Assembly: GCF_006345805.1 (NCBI RefSeq)
Contig: NW_021835195.1
Span: 1-42,005, forward strand
DNA: 42,005 nt
Direction of reading: 5' to 3'
DNA from: Octopus sinensis
Taxonomy: Eukaryota
Below, in pieces: positions 22,960 to 36,462 of this stretch (position 1 is its first letter; every line of letters starts with the position of its first letter). The notes under the pieces are model-generated. The model saw only the letters and a list, made by a program, of their open reading frames with translations, was not told the origin of the DNA and ran no database searches. Position numbers and translations under genes: made by a program.

Positions 22960-23830
22960 TGGAGTTTCTCCTGACATCTTTTCTACATGCCTAAAAGGGC
23001 CATCTCTGTCTTTGGTCTTTGCTAAATTTACTGTATGGTTTTTCAATCCAGATGTTGTTTCCAAACCTGAAATTTGTTCTCTAATTGTGGTAGGGATTCA
23101 GCAATAAGAAGGTCATCAGCTTGAAAGAGATCCCAAGGGCAGCCAATCTAAAATTCCTCTGTTATTGCTTGCAGGACTATGATGAACAAGAGTGGGGTGA
23201 AAAACGATCCTTGGTGGACTCCTATTTTGACACTAAAATTCATGCTATACTCGTTGGTGACATTTACCTTACTGACAGCATCCCTATACATGGCTTTTAC
23301 ATGTCTCACCAACCACTCATCTCTCCCTAAACGACGATGCCGTGCTGATCTCATTCTCGCTCACAACATGATAAGCGGAAAGTGTAACCTCTCGAAAGAG
23401 TTGTTCTTCACTCCTGCTCCAGAGCGTCGGCTGCGGGGTCACTCCGAAAAGCTCTATCTGTGACAATTTCATCTCAATCAAAGGAGAGGGGCTTTCTCCC
23501 TCTGGGTTGCGGATCCGTGGAACAAGCTGCCGGATGAGATAATGAAGATGCCGATGACCGCTTGGTTCAAAGTCTCTCTTGACCAGAAACGGCCTGAACT
23601 CTTTGTATGACCACCCTCCCTGTACATAACTCCATGTCCCCCTACATGGCCTTGCTTTTTGCTTTTTGAGCCAAAAAATTAACTTAACTTAGCTTCTCTA
23701 TTGCTCACCAAATAATGGAGTAGGGGACTCTGTCAAAAGCTTTCTCCATGTCAACAAAATCCAAATACAAAGATATATCTTTGACCAAGTACTTCTGCTT
23801 TTGCCTCACCAGGAAGATAGCATAGTTTGT
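22960..23830 (-). mobile_element. RTE-clade LINE reverse-transcriptase fragment, split by a CR1-type insertion
   Basis: AIFLVRQ...LDFVDMEKAFDRVP | LGRDEWLVRHVKAMYRDAVSKV...GVHQGS..PLLFIIVLQAITEEF. Confidence 0.8.
23329..23690 (+). mobile_element. 5'-truncated CR1-type LINE
   Basis: RRCRADLI...RLRGHSEKL...WNKLPDE...FKVSLD C-terminus with a short (TAACT)n tail. Removing it rejoins the RTE frame (IEK|LGRDEW). Confidence 0.75.
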
Positions 23831-24074
23831 GCTTCTACTTGATACAATTCTACTCCTTGATCCATGGAACTTACATTTATATATGAGGAGACCCTGCTGT
23901 GCTTGAGGGGACCTATTGACTCAAGTACATTAACATCAAAAAATCAAATGGAAATTGTAGATGTGATACCTGTGCTGGTGGCAAGTAAAAAGCACCATCC
24001 GAACATGGCTGATGCCAGCACCACCTTGACTGGCTTCCATACCGGTAAAAAGCACAACTGATCATGGCCGGCAT

Positions 24075-24400
24075 TTAAAGGAATTTAAGATTGGCTGCCC
24101 TTGGGATCTCTTCCAAGCGGATGACCTTGTTCTTATTGCTGAATCCCTACCTCAATTAGAGAACAAATTTCAGGTATGGAAGCAAGATCTGGATTGAAAA
24201 ACCATACAGTAAATTTAGCAAAGACCAAAGACAGATCCTGTCAGGGAGATGGCCCTGCTTGGCATGGAGAAAAAGGCATCCAGCTGTAGAAACACTGCCA
24301 GATCAGACTGGAGCCTGGTGCAGCCATCTGGCTTCCCAGAGACCCGGTCAAACCGTCCAACCCATGCCATGAAGGAAAGCAGACATTAAACGATGACGAT
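24075..24400 (+). mobile_element. RTE RT fragment fused to an RTE 3' tail
   Basis: GCPWDLFQADDLVLIAESLPQLENKFQVWK, followed by the (GAT)n-tailed end. Confidence 0.7.
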
Positions 24401-24404
24401 GATG

Positions 24405-24606
24405 CAGAAACGTTAGCAAGCCGGGCGAAATGCTTTGCAGTATTTTGTCTGTCGTTACGTTCTGAGTTCAAATTCCGCCAAGGTCGACTTTGCCTGTCAT
24501 CCTTTTGGGGTCGATAAATAAAGTACCAGTTTCACACTGGGGTTGATGTAATCGACTTAATCCCTTTGTCCCCTCTATGTTTAGCCCCTTGTGGGCAGCA
24601 AAGAAA
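24405..24606 (+). mobile_element. Second SINE family; central domain resembles the Meta-type domain
   Basis: GAGTTCAAATTCC B-box-like motif, then GGTCGACTTTGCC..CATCC..GGGGTCGATAAA..AGTACCAG. A fragment also occurs near 6700-6770. Family assignment is from recall. Confidence 0.5.
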
Positions 24607-24879
24607 TGGATGATGATGATGATATAATTAACGGAAGATACAAGAATATTTATTGATCACAACAGTTGTTTCAACATATCTTGCTTCAATCCTTTATGAG
24701 TGGAATATTGAAGAGTTGCTTTATGTGTAGCCAACAGTGTAGATGTGTCTTTTCAGGTGATTACAAGATATATTTCATTAAAATAACGTCTGTTTTGCAA
24801 AATTTCTTCTTGTTATGCGTTTGTTTTATAATTTGTTGATATTATTTGATTACAAAACACAAGGTATTAAATATTAAGA

Positions 24880-25200
24880 TGGCCATTTGCCAGCCTGCTG
24901 TGGCCTCTTGTGCCAGTGGCACGTAAAAAGCACCATCCGATCGTGGACGTTTGCCAGCCTCATCTGGCACGTAAAAAGCACCAACCGATTGTGGCTGCTG
25001 CCAGCCTCCCCTGGTACCTGTGCCGGTGGCATGTAAAGAGCATGCACTACACTCACGGAGTGGTTGGCGTTAGGAAGGGCATCCTGCCGTAGAGACACTG
25101 CCAGATCAGACTGGGCCTGATGCAGCCTTCTGGCTTCCCAGACCCCAGTCGAACCATCCAACCCATGCTAGCATGGAAAACAGACACTAAACGATGATGA
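24880..25200 (+). mobile_element. RTE-type 3' end / derived SINE
   Basis: Same 3' UTR and (GAT)n tail; another partial copy at 25470-25640. Confidence 0.75.
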
Positions 25201-25689
25201 TGCTGTGAATGTGAGATAAAGAGTTGGCACAAAAGAACTACCATTTGAGCCTTATCTATGCCAGTGCTATCTGGCTGCGCCCCCCCCCCTTCTGTGCCAG
25301 TCACACTTGAAAAACACCCACTACACTCTTGTTGTTAAGCAACAAGACAGGTAAGGGAAATAAAAAATCTTTGGTCGTCTTGTTGCAGTCGAGGGCGCTT
25401 TCCATTGACGCCCGACACCACTGGGAGGTGGCCCTTGAAGTCGCTGGAAATGGAGATCTCCAGGTCCAAATTCTTGGACGGCCCGCTACACTCTCGGAGT
25501 GGTTGGCATTAGGAAGGGCACCCAGCTGTAGAAACTCTGCCAGATCAGATTGGAGCCTGGTGCAGCCATCTGGCTCACCAGCCCTCAGTCAAAATCGTCC
25601 AACCCATGCCAGTATGGAAAGTGGATGTTAAATGATGATGAACCATTTACATTTTTACAATAGATATTTATAGGGAAGTCCCATATTGA

Positions 25690-26090
25690 ATAATTCTAAC
25701 TAATTGCATTGTAAACTACAGCAATTTTAGAATGGGACAACATTGCATAGTGCCAAAGATCCCGGCAATGACATCATGCTACAGGACCAGCTTCTGCAAC
25801 AGCCTGGGTTTCAAGGGCCCACAGCTTTTTAATATTCTCCCAAAGAGTCTGAGGAACTTGCACAAAGTAGATGTAGTGATTTTTAAATCAAAGCTGGACA
25901 TCTTCCTGTCGAGAGTCCCAGATGAACCTACATCACGGCAAGAGGTGCAAATGAGAGTAGCTATATCAAACTCCATTCTTCACCAAGTGCCACATATTAG
26001 AGGAAGTTCTTCATAATAACGTTGTTGTACAAAACGGCGGTGCATCAGCATGGCCGCAGCTCTGAGCTGAAACAAGTAAAAAAAAAAAAA
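25690..26090 (+). mobile_element. 3' end of a CR1/L2-like LINE whose tail is shared with the tRNA-CORE SINE
   Basis: FCNSLGFKGPQLFNILPKSLRNL...FKSKLDIFLSRVPDEP, then GGCGGTGCATCAGCATGGCCGCAG...CTGAAACAAGTAAAA. Confidence 0.7.
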
Positions 26091-26236
26091 TTGGTACCAA
26101 ACAGATAATCAACATATTTAACAATAAAGACATTGCATGCTTTCACTTGAAATGTGACATATCCCCACATTTCGCCTATGAAATTTAATTTGTCACCCAT
26201 CATGCTACAAAGAAATGTTGCTGTTTTTCTCAACAT

Positions 26237-26601
26237 AGGTGCAGGAGTGGCTGTGTGCTTATGAACCATAAGGTTCCGGGTTCAGCCCCACTGCATGGCA
26301 TCTTGGTCAAGTGTCTTCTACTATAGCCTTGGGTTGACCAAAGCCTTGTGAGTGGATTTGGTAGCTGGAAACTGAAAGAAGCCCGTCGTATATATATATA
26401 TGCGTGTTTGTGTTTGTCCCCCTAGCATTGCTTGACAACCGATGCTGGTGTGTTTATGTCCCCGTCACTTAGTGGTTCGGCAAAAGGGACCGATATCATA
26501 AGTACTGGGCTTACAAAAGAATAAGTCCTGGGGTCGATTTTCTCAATTAAAGGCGGTGCTCCAGCATGGCTGCAGTCAAATGACTGAAACAAGTAAAAGA
26601 G
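26237..26601 (+). mobile_element. Near full-length tRNA-derived SINE with a CORE-like domain
   Basis: A-box-like TGGCTGTGTG, B-box-like GGTTCAGCCCC, CTTGGTCAAGTG core, internal microsatellite, LINE-like tail. Confidence 0.75.
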
Positions 26602-26604
26602 TAT

Positions 26605-26770
26605 AGGCATAGGAGTGGCTGTGTGGTAAGTTTCTTGCTTCTGAACCATAAGGTTCCGGATTCAGTCCCACTATGTGGCACCTTGGGCAAGTGTCTTCTA
26701 CTATAGCCTCGGGCCGACCTAAACCTTGTAAGTGGATTTGGTAGACAAAAACTGAAAGAAGCCCATCATA

Positions 26771-26835
<65 letters not shown>

Positions 26836-27040
26836 AAGTTTGTATGTCTATGTTTCTCCCCCCAACATCGCTTGACAATTGAATCTGGTGCGTTTAGGTC
26901 CCTGTAACTTAGCGGTTCGGCAAAAGTGACTGATAGAATAAGTACTGGGCTTACAAAGAATAAGTCCTGGGGTCTATTTGCTCGACTAAAGGTGGTGCTC
27001 CATCATGGCCACTGTCAAATGACTGAAACATGTAGAAGAG
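26605..27040 (+). mobile_element. Second full-length tRNA-CORE SINE, in tandem
   Basis: GGAGTGGCTGTGTGGTAAG...CACCTTGGGCAAGTG...GACTGAAACA. Confidence 0.8.
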
Positions 27041-27299
27041 ATAGGTTTCCCTATTTTCTTCCATATACAGTCAACTCTCGCTACTTTGCCACCCTGCGGG
27101 ACTGAGCCAAAGTGGCATAGTACCGAGGGTCTGTTATCTAAACACTACATAACCAAAAATTTACTGAACACACGAATAAAAATTCATAGGGTAGGAAGTA
27201 AGGCCAATAAGAAGTTCAATGCAATGGTAAAAAGAAGACAACCATGTTTATTAAGTTCAAATTGCTTTTAGTTAATTCTGAAGCTCTCAAAAATTGTCG

Positions 27300-28475
27300 G
27301 CTGACTCATCTACTTTCGGCGGTTTTCATTCATTTCATTGTCTAGCCTATCATACCCCTGCATGACGCTGGGTTCTCCGCTGCTCTTCTGCTGCATAAAC
27401 TTTCAGATAGTGCTCCATGCTCTCTGGGCATCTGCAAAACTGGCATAGTAGGGAGAGTTGACTGTATCCATATTTATTATTGAAATATCACTTCCAGTAT
27501 CGAACTGAAGTTTAATATGTATTCCAATCATTTTTGCATGTACGAATTTTGTTTCTGTTGAGAGCCCTCTAGGATCTTTAATGGTTGATCTTCATAATTT
27601 AGTTCTGCAGTGTGAATTTCTGTATATTCAGTGTTGTAAGGCCTTGTACCAAAATAAGACACCTGAACATCTCAGGTGTAAATTCTTTGAGTTTAAAAAT
27701 ATTCACACATTCTGTTAATTGTTCCTGCGTATGTGATAAAATCACCATCCTCTTTTTTCATTATATTCCAAAACACCATCCAAGTGTTAGAGAAGTTTTA
27801 TCACTGAATATGTTAGACAGTAATTCCATTGTTTCTTTAAAACAAATTTCATTGAGTTTTTTTGGGTAATATGAAATTAAAATAATGTTCATATTCAGAT
27901 GGGGCTCATTTATGTCATAATAACCTTACTTTTTCTGTGTCTGACCATGTCTTACAATCTTCCTTAAAAATTACCTGCTGTAGTACAATGCAAAAGCTAT
28001 ACTGTCCTCTGGGTTATAACTGGATTCATCGAGTCCAAAACGGCGTCTGGCAAAAATGTACTTACCTCATTTTTGGACTTCTTTGAATAAAGCACCAATA
28101 ATTGTTGTTGTTGCTGCCTTTGTCGTTGATTTTGCAACAGTTTTATAGAAGCTAATTAGTCTTCCATGATTTAACAATTTTTTATCACAAAAATTTTTTA
28201 ACTGACCTGCAAGAGCTTCGAAACCCTCATCGCCAGATGTTGTAACATAATTGTTCCGTACAATAAATAAGATAACCAGAAAATTGTAACAACAATCTAA
28301 TGAACTAACAAATCTTTTACGAACCAACATTCAATATTCCTTAGGAAGTAAACCAAGCGACACCTTCCGACTTCACTTGACTCTGAACCGCAAACCCACT
28401 CAGATCGTTACTATTTATACTTTACACGAACCAATCTATCTCTCACAAGGGGACATGGTAACTCTCATCACAACA
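27300..28475 (-). mobile_element. Truncated Ty3/Gypsy element: 5' LTR, PBS, degenerate gag and protease
   Basis: LTR 28475-28238 with TGTTGT...ACAACA ends; PBS-like TGGCGATGAGGG at 28235-28224; gag PKKLNEICFKETMELLSNIFSDKTS...FRCLILVQGL; protease KLQFDTGSDISIIN near 27500. No 3' LTR seen. Confidence 0.8.
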
Positions 28476-28739
28476 GGTGCCATTCTAACCAGATGCCCAT
28501 CATGAATCCCTGCTTGCTGTCTGGTAAGAACAAGACCATGAAAACCTGCTCAACAGAATGATTTAGCAAAAAATAAGTATCATCCGTTGCATGGGTTGAG
28601 CGAGGATGTGTTTGAACCATAGGTAGAGCGGGGCATTAGGCTCTTGAAAAATATTTCCCACTCTGCACCCAAAACTGTAACAAACAGCAATAAGCCTCCA
28701 GCTAGGGCTAGAATATGTGGGCAGTAGCACAAAGGGTGC

Positions 28740-30000
28740 AGATCCTGGGATCCCTGAGCGTGTCCAGCAGAGGATAACTGATCACGGCTGGGAACTGGAG
28801 TGTAATACATTTGTGTCAAAATAATATATCCACAAGAAAACAGAGCAAATTAATATAATCAATATTGTTTGAATAAAAAACACACATCGTAATTAGTGAG
28901 TTGATGCAAATGAAGAAAATGTGAAAAATGAATTTATTTTGTAAAAAGTAATACATTTGCTGTAATTTATTCACCAGGACATCTGTTTTATCATTGATAT
29001 TGTTATTGATCAATATGAATAAGTATATGTTTAGTTAAGGTAGATTATTGAGAGAATGATTTAGCACAGATTACACAGTCATCAGAATCTTCTCCTGTAT
29101 GAATATGTTTGTGTTTAGTTTATTATTTCTCTCTATGAAAGAATGACTTGTCACAGATGTCACAGTGATATGGTTTCTCTCCTGTATGAATGTATTTGTG
29201 ATGAGTTCAATATTGTTCCACAGAGAATGATTTACCACTGATATCACAGTAATAGGGTTTCTCTCCCGTATGAATACATTTATGAGTATATACAGCAATA
29301 CTATATTTGAGTATATATAATGAAAATCGAAATCGATCAACATCAATGGAGATTGTAGCTGTGATACCAGTGCCGAAGGCACGTAAGAGAACCATCCGAA
29401 CGTGGCTGTTGCCAGCGCCGCCCCGACTGGCCTCCGTGCTGGTTGCACGTAAAAAGCACCATCCAATCATGGCCGTTTGCCAGCCTCGCTTGGCACCTGT
29501 GTCGGTGGCACATAAAAAGCACCATCCGATCGTGGCCGTTTGCCAGCCTCACTTGGCACCTGTGTCGGTGGCACGTAAAAAGCACCATCCAATCATGGCC
29601 GTTTGCCAGCCTCGCCTGGCCTCCGTGCTGGTGGCACGTAAAAAGCACCATCCAATCGTGGCCGTTTGCCAGCCTCGTCTGGCACCTGTGTCGGTGGCAC
29701 GTAAAAAGCACCCACTACACTCACGGAGTGGTTGGCGTTAGGAAGGGCATCCAGCCTTAGAAACATTGCCAGATCAGACTGGGCCTGGTGCAGCCTTCTG
29801 GCTTCACAGACCCCAGTTGAACCGTCCAACCCGTGCATGGAAAGCAGATGCTAAACAATGATGATGATGATAGCTCCTTCTTGAGAGAATGATTTGCTGC
29901 AGATATCCCAGCGGTATAGTTTCTCTCTGGTATGAGTTAACTTATGATTAGTTAAGTATTTTCATTCACAGAATGATTTACTGCAGATATCACAGTGCAT
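28740..30000 (-). pseudogene. Decayed distal fingers and 3' trailer of ZNF gene 3, displaced by insertions
   Basis: HTGEKPYYCDISGKSFSVEQY etc. The trailer 28740-29050 is homologous to 22620-22900. Confidence 0.65.
29323..29872 (+). mobile_element. RTE-type 3' end with an expanded 63-bp tandem unit
   Basis: AAAAAGCACC markers at 29451, 29514, 29577, 29640, 29703; (GAT)n tail. Confidence 0.8.
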
Positions 30001-31134
30001 CTTTATTTGTTAGAATACGTCCATACACGAGGAGTTTGGTGACATATTTCTCCTCTTGTACAGCGCATGGCCGCTTCCCAACATAACATAATGTTATATA
30101 AGCCATAATACATGTTTGATATACAGTGCCTAAGTAAATGAATAAAGGACGCCAAAAACCGTTCTACTTTTATAAAGAGAAGATAGATTTTATTCACAGT
30201 GTACAAAGTGATTTGCGATTATTAGCGTAGTGTTGTGTCATGAATGCATGCTTATAATATTTGTGTCTGTGTGTTCGTGTGTGCGACAGAAGTACAGAAT
30301 AAGGTGTATGTAAATACAACAGAGCATAAGAGAAGTCTCAACAATTTGAGTTAAAATGGAGTTATTTTACCAGTTCATGTAGTACACGATAATGAGTTCT
30401 ATACAAGATTTGAGTCTCGGAGCGGAGATTAGTTGAGTCACTTGTGCATATTTTTCTCTTGATATAGATTTTCTTTCAGATATATATACTGCAATTGTTT
30501 TTCCGTGGTGAGATATTCACACTAACAGCATGAGTTGAATCTGTATTTATCTTGTTGTGTACAAGTTGAAATCTTCGTAGATGGAGACGATGTTGGTGAT
30601 GACGTTCTGTCTGTCACTGGTTTACAATAGCGTCTTCATATTATGTTTGGCTTGGCTGTCGTCTGCCTTTTGAACTGGAACATGGTTGAGTAAGCTCTGT
30701 GTGGTCTCCGACCAAGACCTTAAAAGGTCTTAAGCTGAAAGACAGTGAATCACGAGATGATCAGCCTATTTAAAGAGTTAAGATGGCTCAAATGAAAGGT
30801 CCTATCTGAAAGCCGTGATTGGTCATTTTACACCCTGGCGCGAAGTAAGTAGAGAGACAGACCGTGCTTAGATGCTAACCAATCAGATCAGTGGACACAA
30901 CAAGGTTAAACTAGCCAAAGAAGTTTGTAATCTCAAACAAGATCATTCCTAATGTTTTTCTCAAACAGTGAAGATAGCAATATTGCTACAATATAATAGA
31001 TATGTTTGTGTGTGTGTAAGCATTGCGCAGTAAATGTACTGAAGTTATTGAGGTGATGTCCAGTCATAGAGTAGCCAAATGCTTTGTGAATGCAGAAGCA
31101 TTGAAGACTCTATAATCCGACATTAAACCTAATG

Positions 31135-31560
31135 TTGGGCTGCCCCTGGGAGCTCCACTATGTTGATTGCCTTCTTATTTTAGCTGAATAAATAATGGCA
31201 TGAGAAAAGAAATTTCAGGAATGGAAGCAAGAACTGCAATTTGTGGAACTTATATTTCATGGAACAAAGACTATAGTCTTAATAAATTTGAAAGCAAACA
31301 AATGTTTTCAGGGAAATGGCCCTGCTTGACATGTGGAAAAGGCAAAAGTAGAAACTCCATCAGGTGTACCTCATGCAAGCTATGTACACATAAGAGGTGC
31401 TGCAATGTTAGAGGAATGTCAACATGGAAAATAGTCTTTGTGTGTGGTAGATGTACACGTGCAATAAACACAAGAAATGTACAGAAAATAGATGAGGTCA
31501 AATGCATTTTACTTAGAAGAAGGTGATGAGAACAGAATTCAGGAATCTGGGGCACACAGA
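31135..31560 (+). mobile_element. RTE LINE fragment: end of RT plus Cys-rich insert
   Basis: GLPLG/WELHY; GKWPCLTCGKG..RNSIRCTSCKLCTHKRC...FVCGRC. Confidence 0.7.
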
Positions 31561-31676
31561 CTCAAGATTCAGTAAATGTTGGGCAATCCTTTTAGACAAA
31601 TATTTCACAAGAATATCGTTTCTCTGCTGCGTGAATGTATCTATGAGAGGTTAAACTGCCTTGAGAAAGAAATGAT

Positions 31677-32533
<857 letters not shown>

Positions 32534-33284
32534 TTATATATTTCTCTGTTGATTCAAATTCTTCTACAGCTATAATCACAGCAAATCTGATCTTTGTGAA
32601 TATCTGAAGCTAATACAAACACCTTTGCAGATTTTTCCAATTTCAAGCAGAAGTTCAGATACTTTTGTAAATATTCCTGGCAATGGAATAAAGCAAATGT
32701 TGCTATTAATTCTAAGGAAATATTTCAGTTATTCACCAGAGATTTGTTATAGAAACAGGGTTATATTTATTATTTATAATATAAGTGATGATCAATACTC
32801 ATGATGGATCTGATGTAAATACTCCTTTATACCACTAACATCTCATATTCTGAAATGACACAGAAACAGTAGAAGATATAGGAAAGACTTGAAAAGCAGA
32901 GATTCAACAATAGAAAATATAACTACATTTTCATAATGATAAACTGTGGATATAAACTTTTACCCCAATAATTAGTCTTTAAAACTTATTTTGTGATTAA
33001 AGTTATATTATACAACCTTGTGTAATGTCCACATATGCACAGCTCGTCCACCTTCAAGTATTATGTAAAATGCTAAACTACAAAATACTGGACAATAACG
33101 TTGTACTGTCTTAGAAAACATGATAAGTCACTGTTGTTTAGCCCTAGGTCACCCCTCACTGAGTAGATCCATTCAGGAAATTAGTGTTCACGAGTGTCAT
33201 GACCTTTAGAACAGATCAAACATAAATATCACTATAATTTAGTCACTAACCACAATACACACACACACACACACACACATATAC

Positions 33285-33640
33285 TGGGCTGCCCCTGTGA
33301 GATCCTCTATGCTGATCATCTTACAGCTGAATCAATACCAGCAAGAGAAAAGAAATTTCAGGTGTGTAAGCAGGGTCTGCAATTAGTGGGCCTTAGAGTT
33401 AATTTAACAGAGACCAAAGTCTTAGTAAGTTAGTAAGCAGACAAATCTTATAGGGAAATGGCCCTGCTTGAAATATGGAAAAGGAATATGCAGGAACTCG
33501 ATAAGGTGTAGCCAGTGCCAGTTATGGATACATAAGATGTGCAGCAATATTAGAGGAACGTCAACACAAAAAATAGTAGATGTACATGTGCAATAAATAC
33601 AAGGAAATAGATGCTGTGAAATGTGGAGTGGAGAGCGAGT
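33285..33640 (+). mobile_element. Degenerate RTE LINE fragment
   Basis: GGGCTGCCCCTG..CTCTATGCTGATCATCTT (GCP.ELLYADDL-like) and a GKWPC-like segment. Confidence 0.6.
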
Positions 33641-34360
33641 TCTAACTTAGAAATAGTTGGTAGAATGTAACAAGTTAGGGAACAAAAGACTTGCCACAGG
33701 GGGTTTTGTCTCTGAAGACCTTCTGTCAAGAATTTCCTACCATTGTTATATTTTAACATTTTATCAGTGACTAGGAAATATATTTTCCACACATTCACTC
33801 TCACATGGCTACCATCTACTCAATGGCTCCATCACGTATTCACTAGATAACCACCATCATTAGCATATAATGAACAAACTTATCCCTTCGTTTATCTCTC
33901 ATCACTGTATCTTAGTATCTAATATCAAGTATTTTGTATATTAAAAAATGTCATCAAATTATATAACTTGAAAACAAACATTTATTGTAGATTAGTTTGG
34001 AGAAATGTGTAACTTTTATCATACATTGATCAAGTGTGAATTCTATGCTGTATCATCAATTGGATCGGCTCATAAGGGACATGTTTGGATAGGGTTGCCA
34101 GATTAAAAAACCATATATACGGCACACTTTTAAAATCTCTCTCTCTATATAAATTTATACATGCCTACACACGCAATATATTATATAAAAACAGAGAGAT
34201 AAGTTAAAAACATAATGCAATTTTTTTAATGGGTAACGAAGTCAAAATTATTTAATACAAGCTAAAAAAATTGGTGTAGCATCATTCATTTTTCTCTAGC
34301 AGAGATAAATAAATACCTGGCCAGGTACAGGTGTAGATAGTTTGAAGGAATACTAGGCTA

Positions 34361-34600
34361 TTAAAAATCGCCAGGTGCATGTATGCTATCAACAAAAGTT
34401 TCTTTGTGGTTTATCATGTAATGCTGAGAACCCAATGTTTGTATATCTTTGTAAGCCGTCCAAGAATCACTGTACATAACTGAGCCAGGTTTGATGTATT
34501 TTTCAATTAGTGGAAGCAATGTCATTTGGTCACGCTTCTGACCAGTCACAGGAACAACAAAGCGACGTTTGCTAATCCACTCAATTCCAGCGAACAACCA
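34361..34600 (-). mobile_element. Fragment of a divergent Merlin/ISXO2-like transposase
   Basis: WLFAGIEWISKRRFVVPV...TLLPLIEKYIKPGSVMYSDSWTAY...HYMINHKETFVD aligns with the WVFGG..TLLPII..SDCW..Y..VNHS..FVD region. Confidence 0.8.
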
Positions 34601-36208
34601 AACATAAACACTTTACTTAGAATATACAATCTATAAATGGGATTAATTGATTATATGTATGAGAGCAATCAAGACGATTGCAACGGGAAAAAAAAAACAT
34701 TTAAACTATTAACGTGGATCATTTTGTCAGAAAAAAAAAACAGCAGAGATATGTAGCAAGTGATAATTTTAAAATAAAATAATAGACGGCTTTGGATGGG
34801 GACAATTAGCAAATGGAATATTTACGGTAATAAAGAAATTTTTAATTTGGTGCTTTTTCGTGGCAATACCAAATAAAATACAATTTAGTTGGTTAATATA
34901 TAGATCTGCGCCCAGGTGGCAAAAATGGAAAAAAATATGTGTAACAGGTGTAAGGCATCATATATTGAAGGAATATGACGAAAGAAAAGCGCGCTGACAA
35001 AGGAGGGGGCCACAAAAATTCACACGATCAACCGTACTAGATTCGCGCCCGGGTGGCAAAAATGGAAAAAAATGTGTAAAAGGTGTATATATATATCACA
35101 CACACACACACACACACACTTACGTGCACAAACACACACGCACACATACACACGCGCTCGCACACACCAGGCGCACGCACACGCACACACACACGCACAC
35201 ACATATATTTCCATATCTGTGACGTGTGTTTGTCCCAAGTCAACGCTTCATTTTCGGTTTCATTTTACGTCATCGTAACTTAGCAATTCGACAAAAGGAG
35301 AAGGAAGGAATGAGTAGCAATCTGAAGAGAGATAAGCCCAGCCGTCGATGAGTGTGAGTAAACACGCTGATGTGGTGCTCCAGCATGGCAGTTGCTCAAG
35401 AATTGAAACAAGTAAGCGACGGACGATAAAATCTATTTTGTAGGTAAATGGTGTCAAGGGAGAGAACTCTTATATATAAACCATCTATACTTGAGACTAG
35501 TCTCCCTTAAAGGTTAAATTCAGAAAATGGCAGTCAAGCGGTTTCGCAGCATTGTTCGAGGGAGCTAACTCCTGTAGCATATATTTGTAAGTAGTCTCCC
35601 TTAAAACCAAACGTTATGCCAGCATTATAGTGCAGAGGGTGAGAGATGGAGATGTAGAGAGACCGACAGACACGTAAATCGGTGAGTGAAGGATAGACAC
35701 ATATTCTGTGTCATTCCATAATTAATGCGGGTTTTTTTTTAAATTTAATTTTCAAAATTAAGATAGGCAGTGTTTTTTTTTTAATCTAAAATTTTCTACA
35801 TATATATTATATATGTTTTCACCGTTATTGCTTTTGTATTTCATGTTTTTGTATTCCATTATTGTTTTTTGCTTTTTATATTCGTCCTTTTTGCTGTCCC
35901 GGTGTTCGTATGCATTCGATCCCTCTTCCAGGAAATCTACGCTCCCAGCTTAGTTTTTCTAATGCTCGTTGCTTAGTTTTCTTGGAGGGCTGGCCGGATC
36001 TAGTAATCTCAAGATTAATCAGCCGAAAATAACTACGATGATCCGGTTCTTGACTGAAGACTGAGGGCTTCGAATGTCCTGTCCGTGTTTATTGTATCGT
36101 CTTCTAAGAGTTATGCGTTCTTGACCCTGTTTGTATTATTCTACATATCTTAATATATATTCCTGGCGCCACATATCTTAATATATATTCCTGGCGCCAC
36201 ATATCTTA

Positions 36209-36250
<42 letters not shown>

Positions 36251-36330
36251 ATATGTATGTATATATATATATGTGCGTGTGTGTATATATATGTATATAG
36301 TGTGTGTGTGTGTATATATTTATATTATAA

Positions 36331-36452
<122 letters not shown>

Positions 36453-36462
36453 TATGTATATA

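Noticed and set aside
27065-27130. TA-CAGTCAACTCTCG resembling a pogo/Tigger TIR start
   Set aside because: No matching opposite end found; insufficient support.
35880-36130. GC-richer repeat that might hold a hammerhead ribozyme or Penelope end
   Set aside because: I could not place a complete CUGANGA/GAAA core with stems by eye; a covariance-model search is needed.
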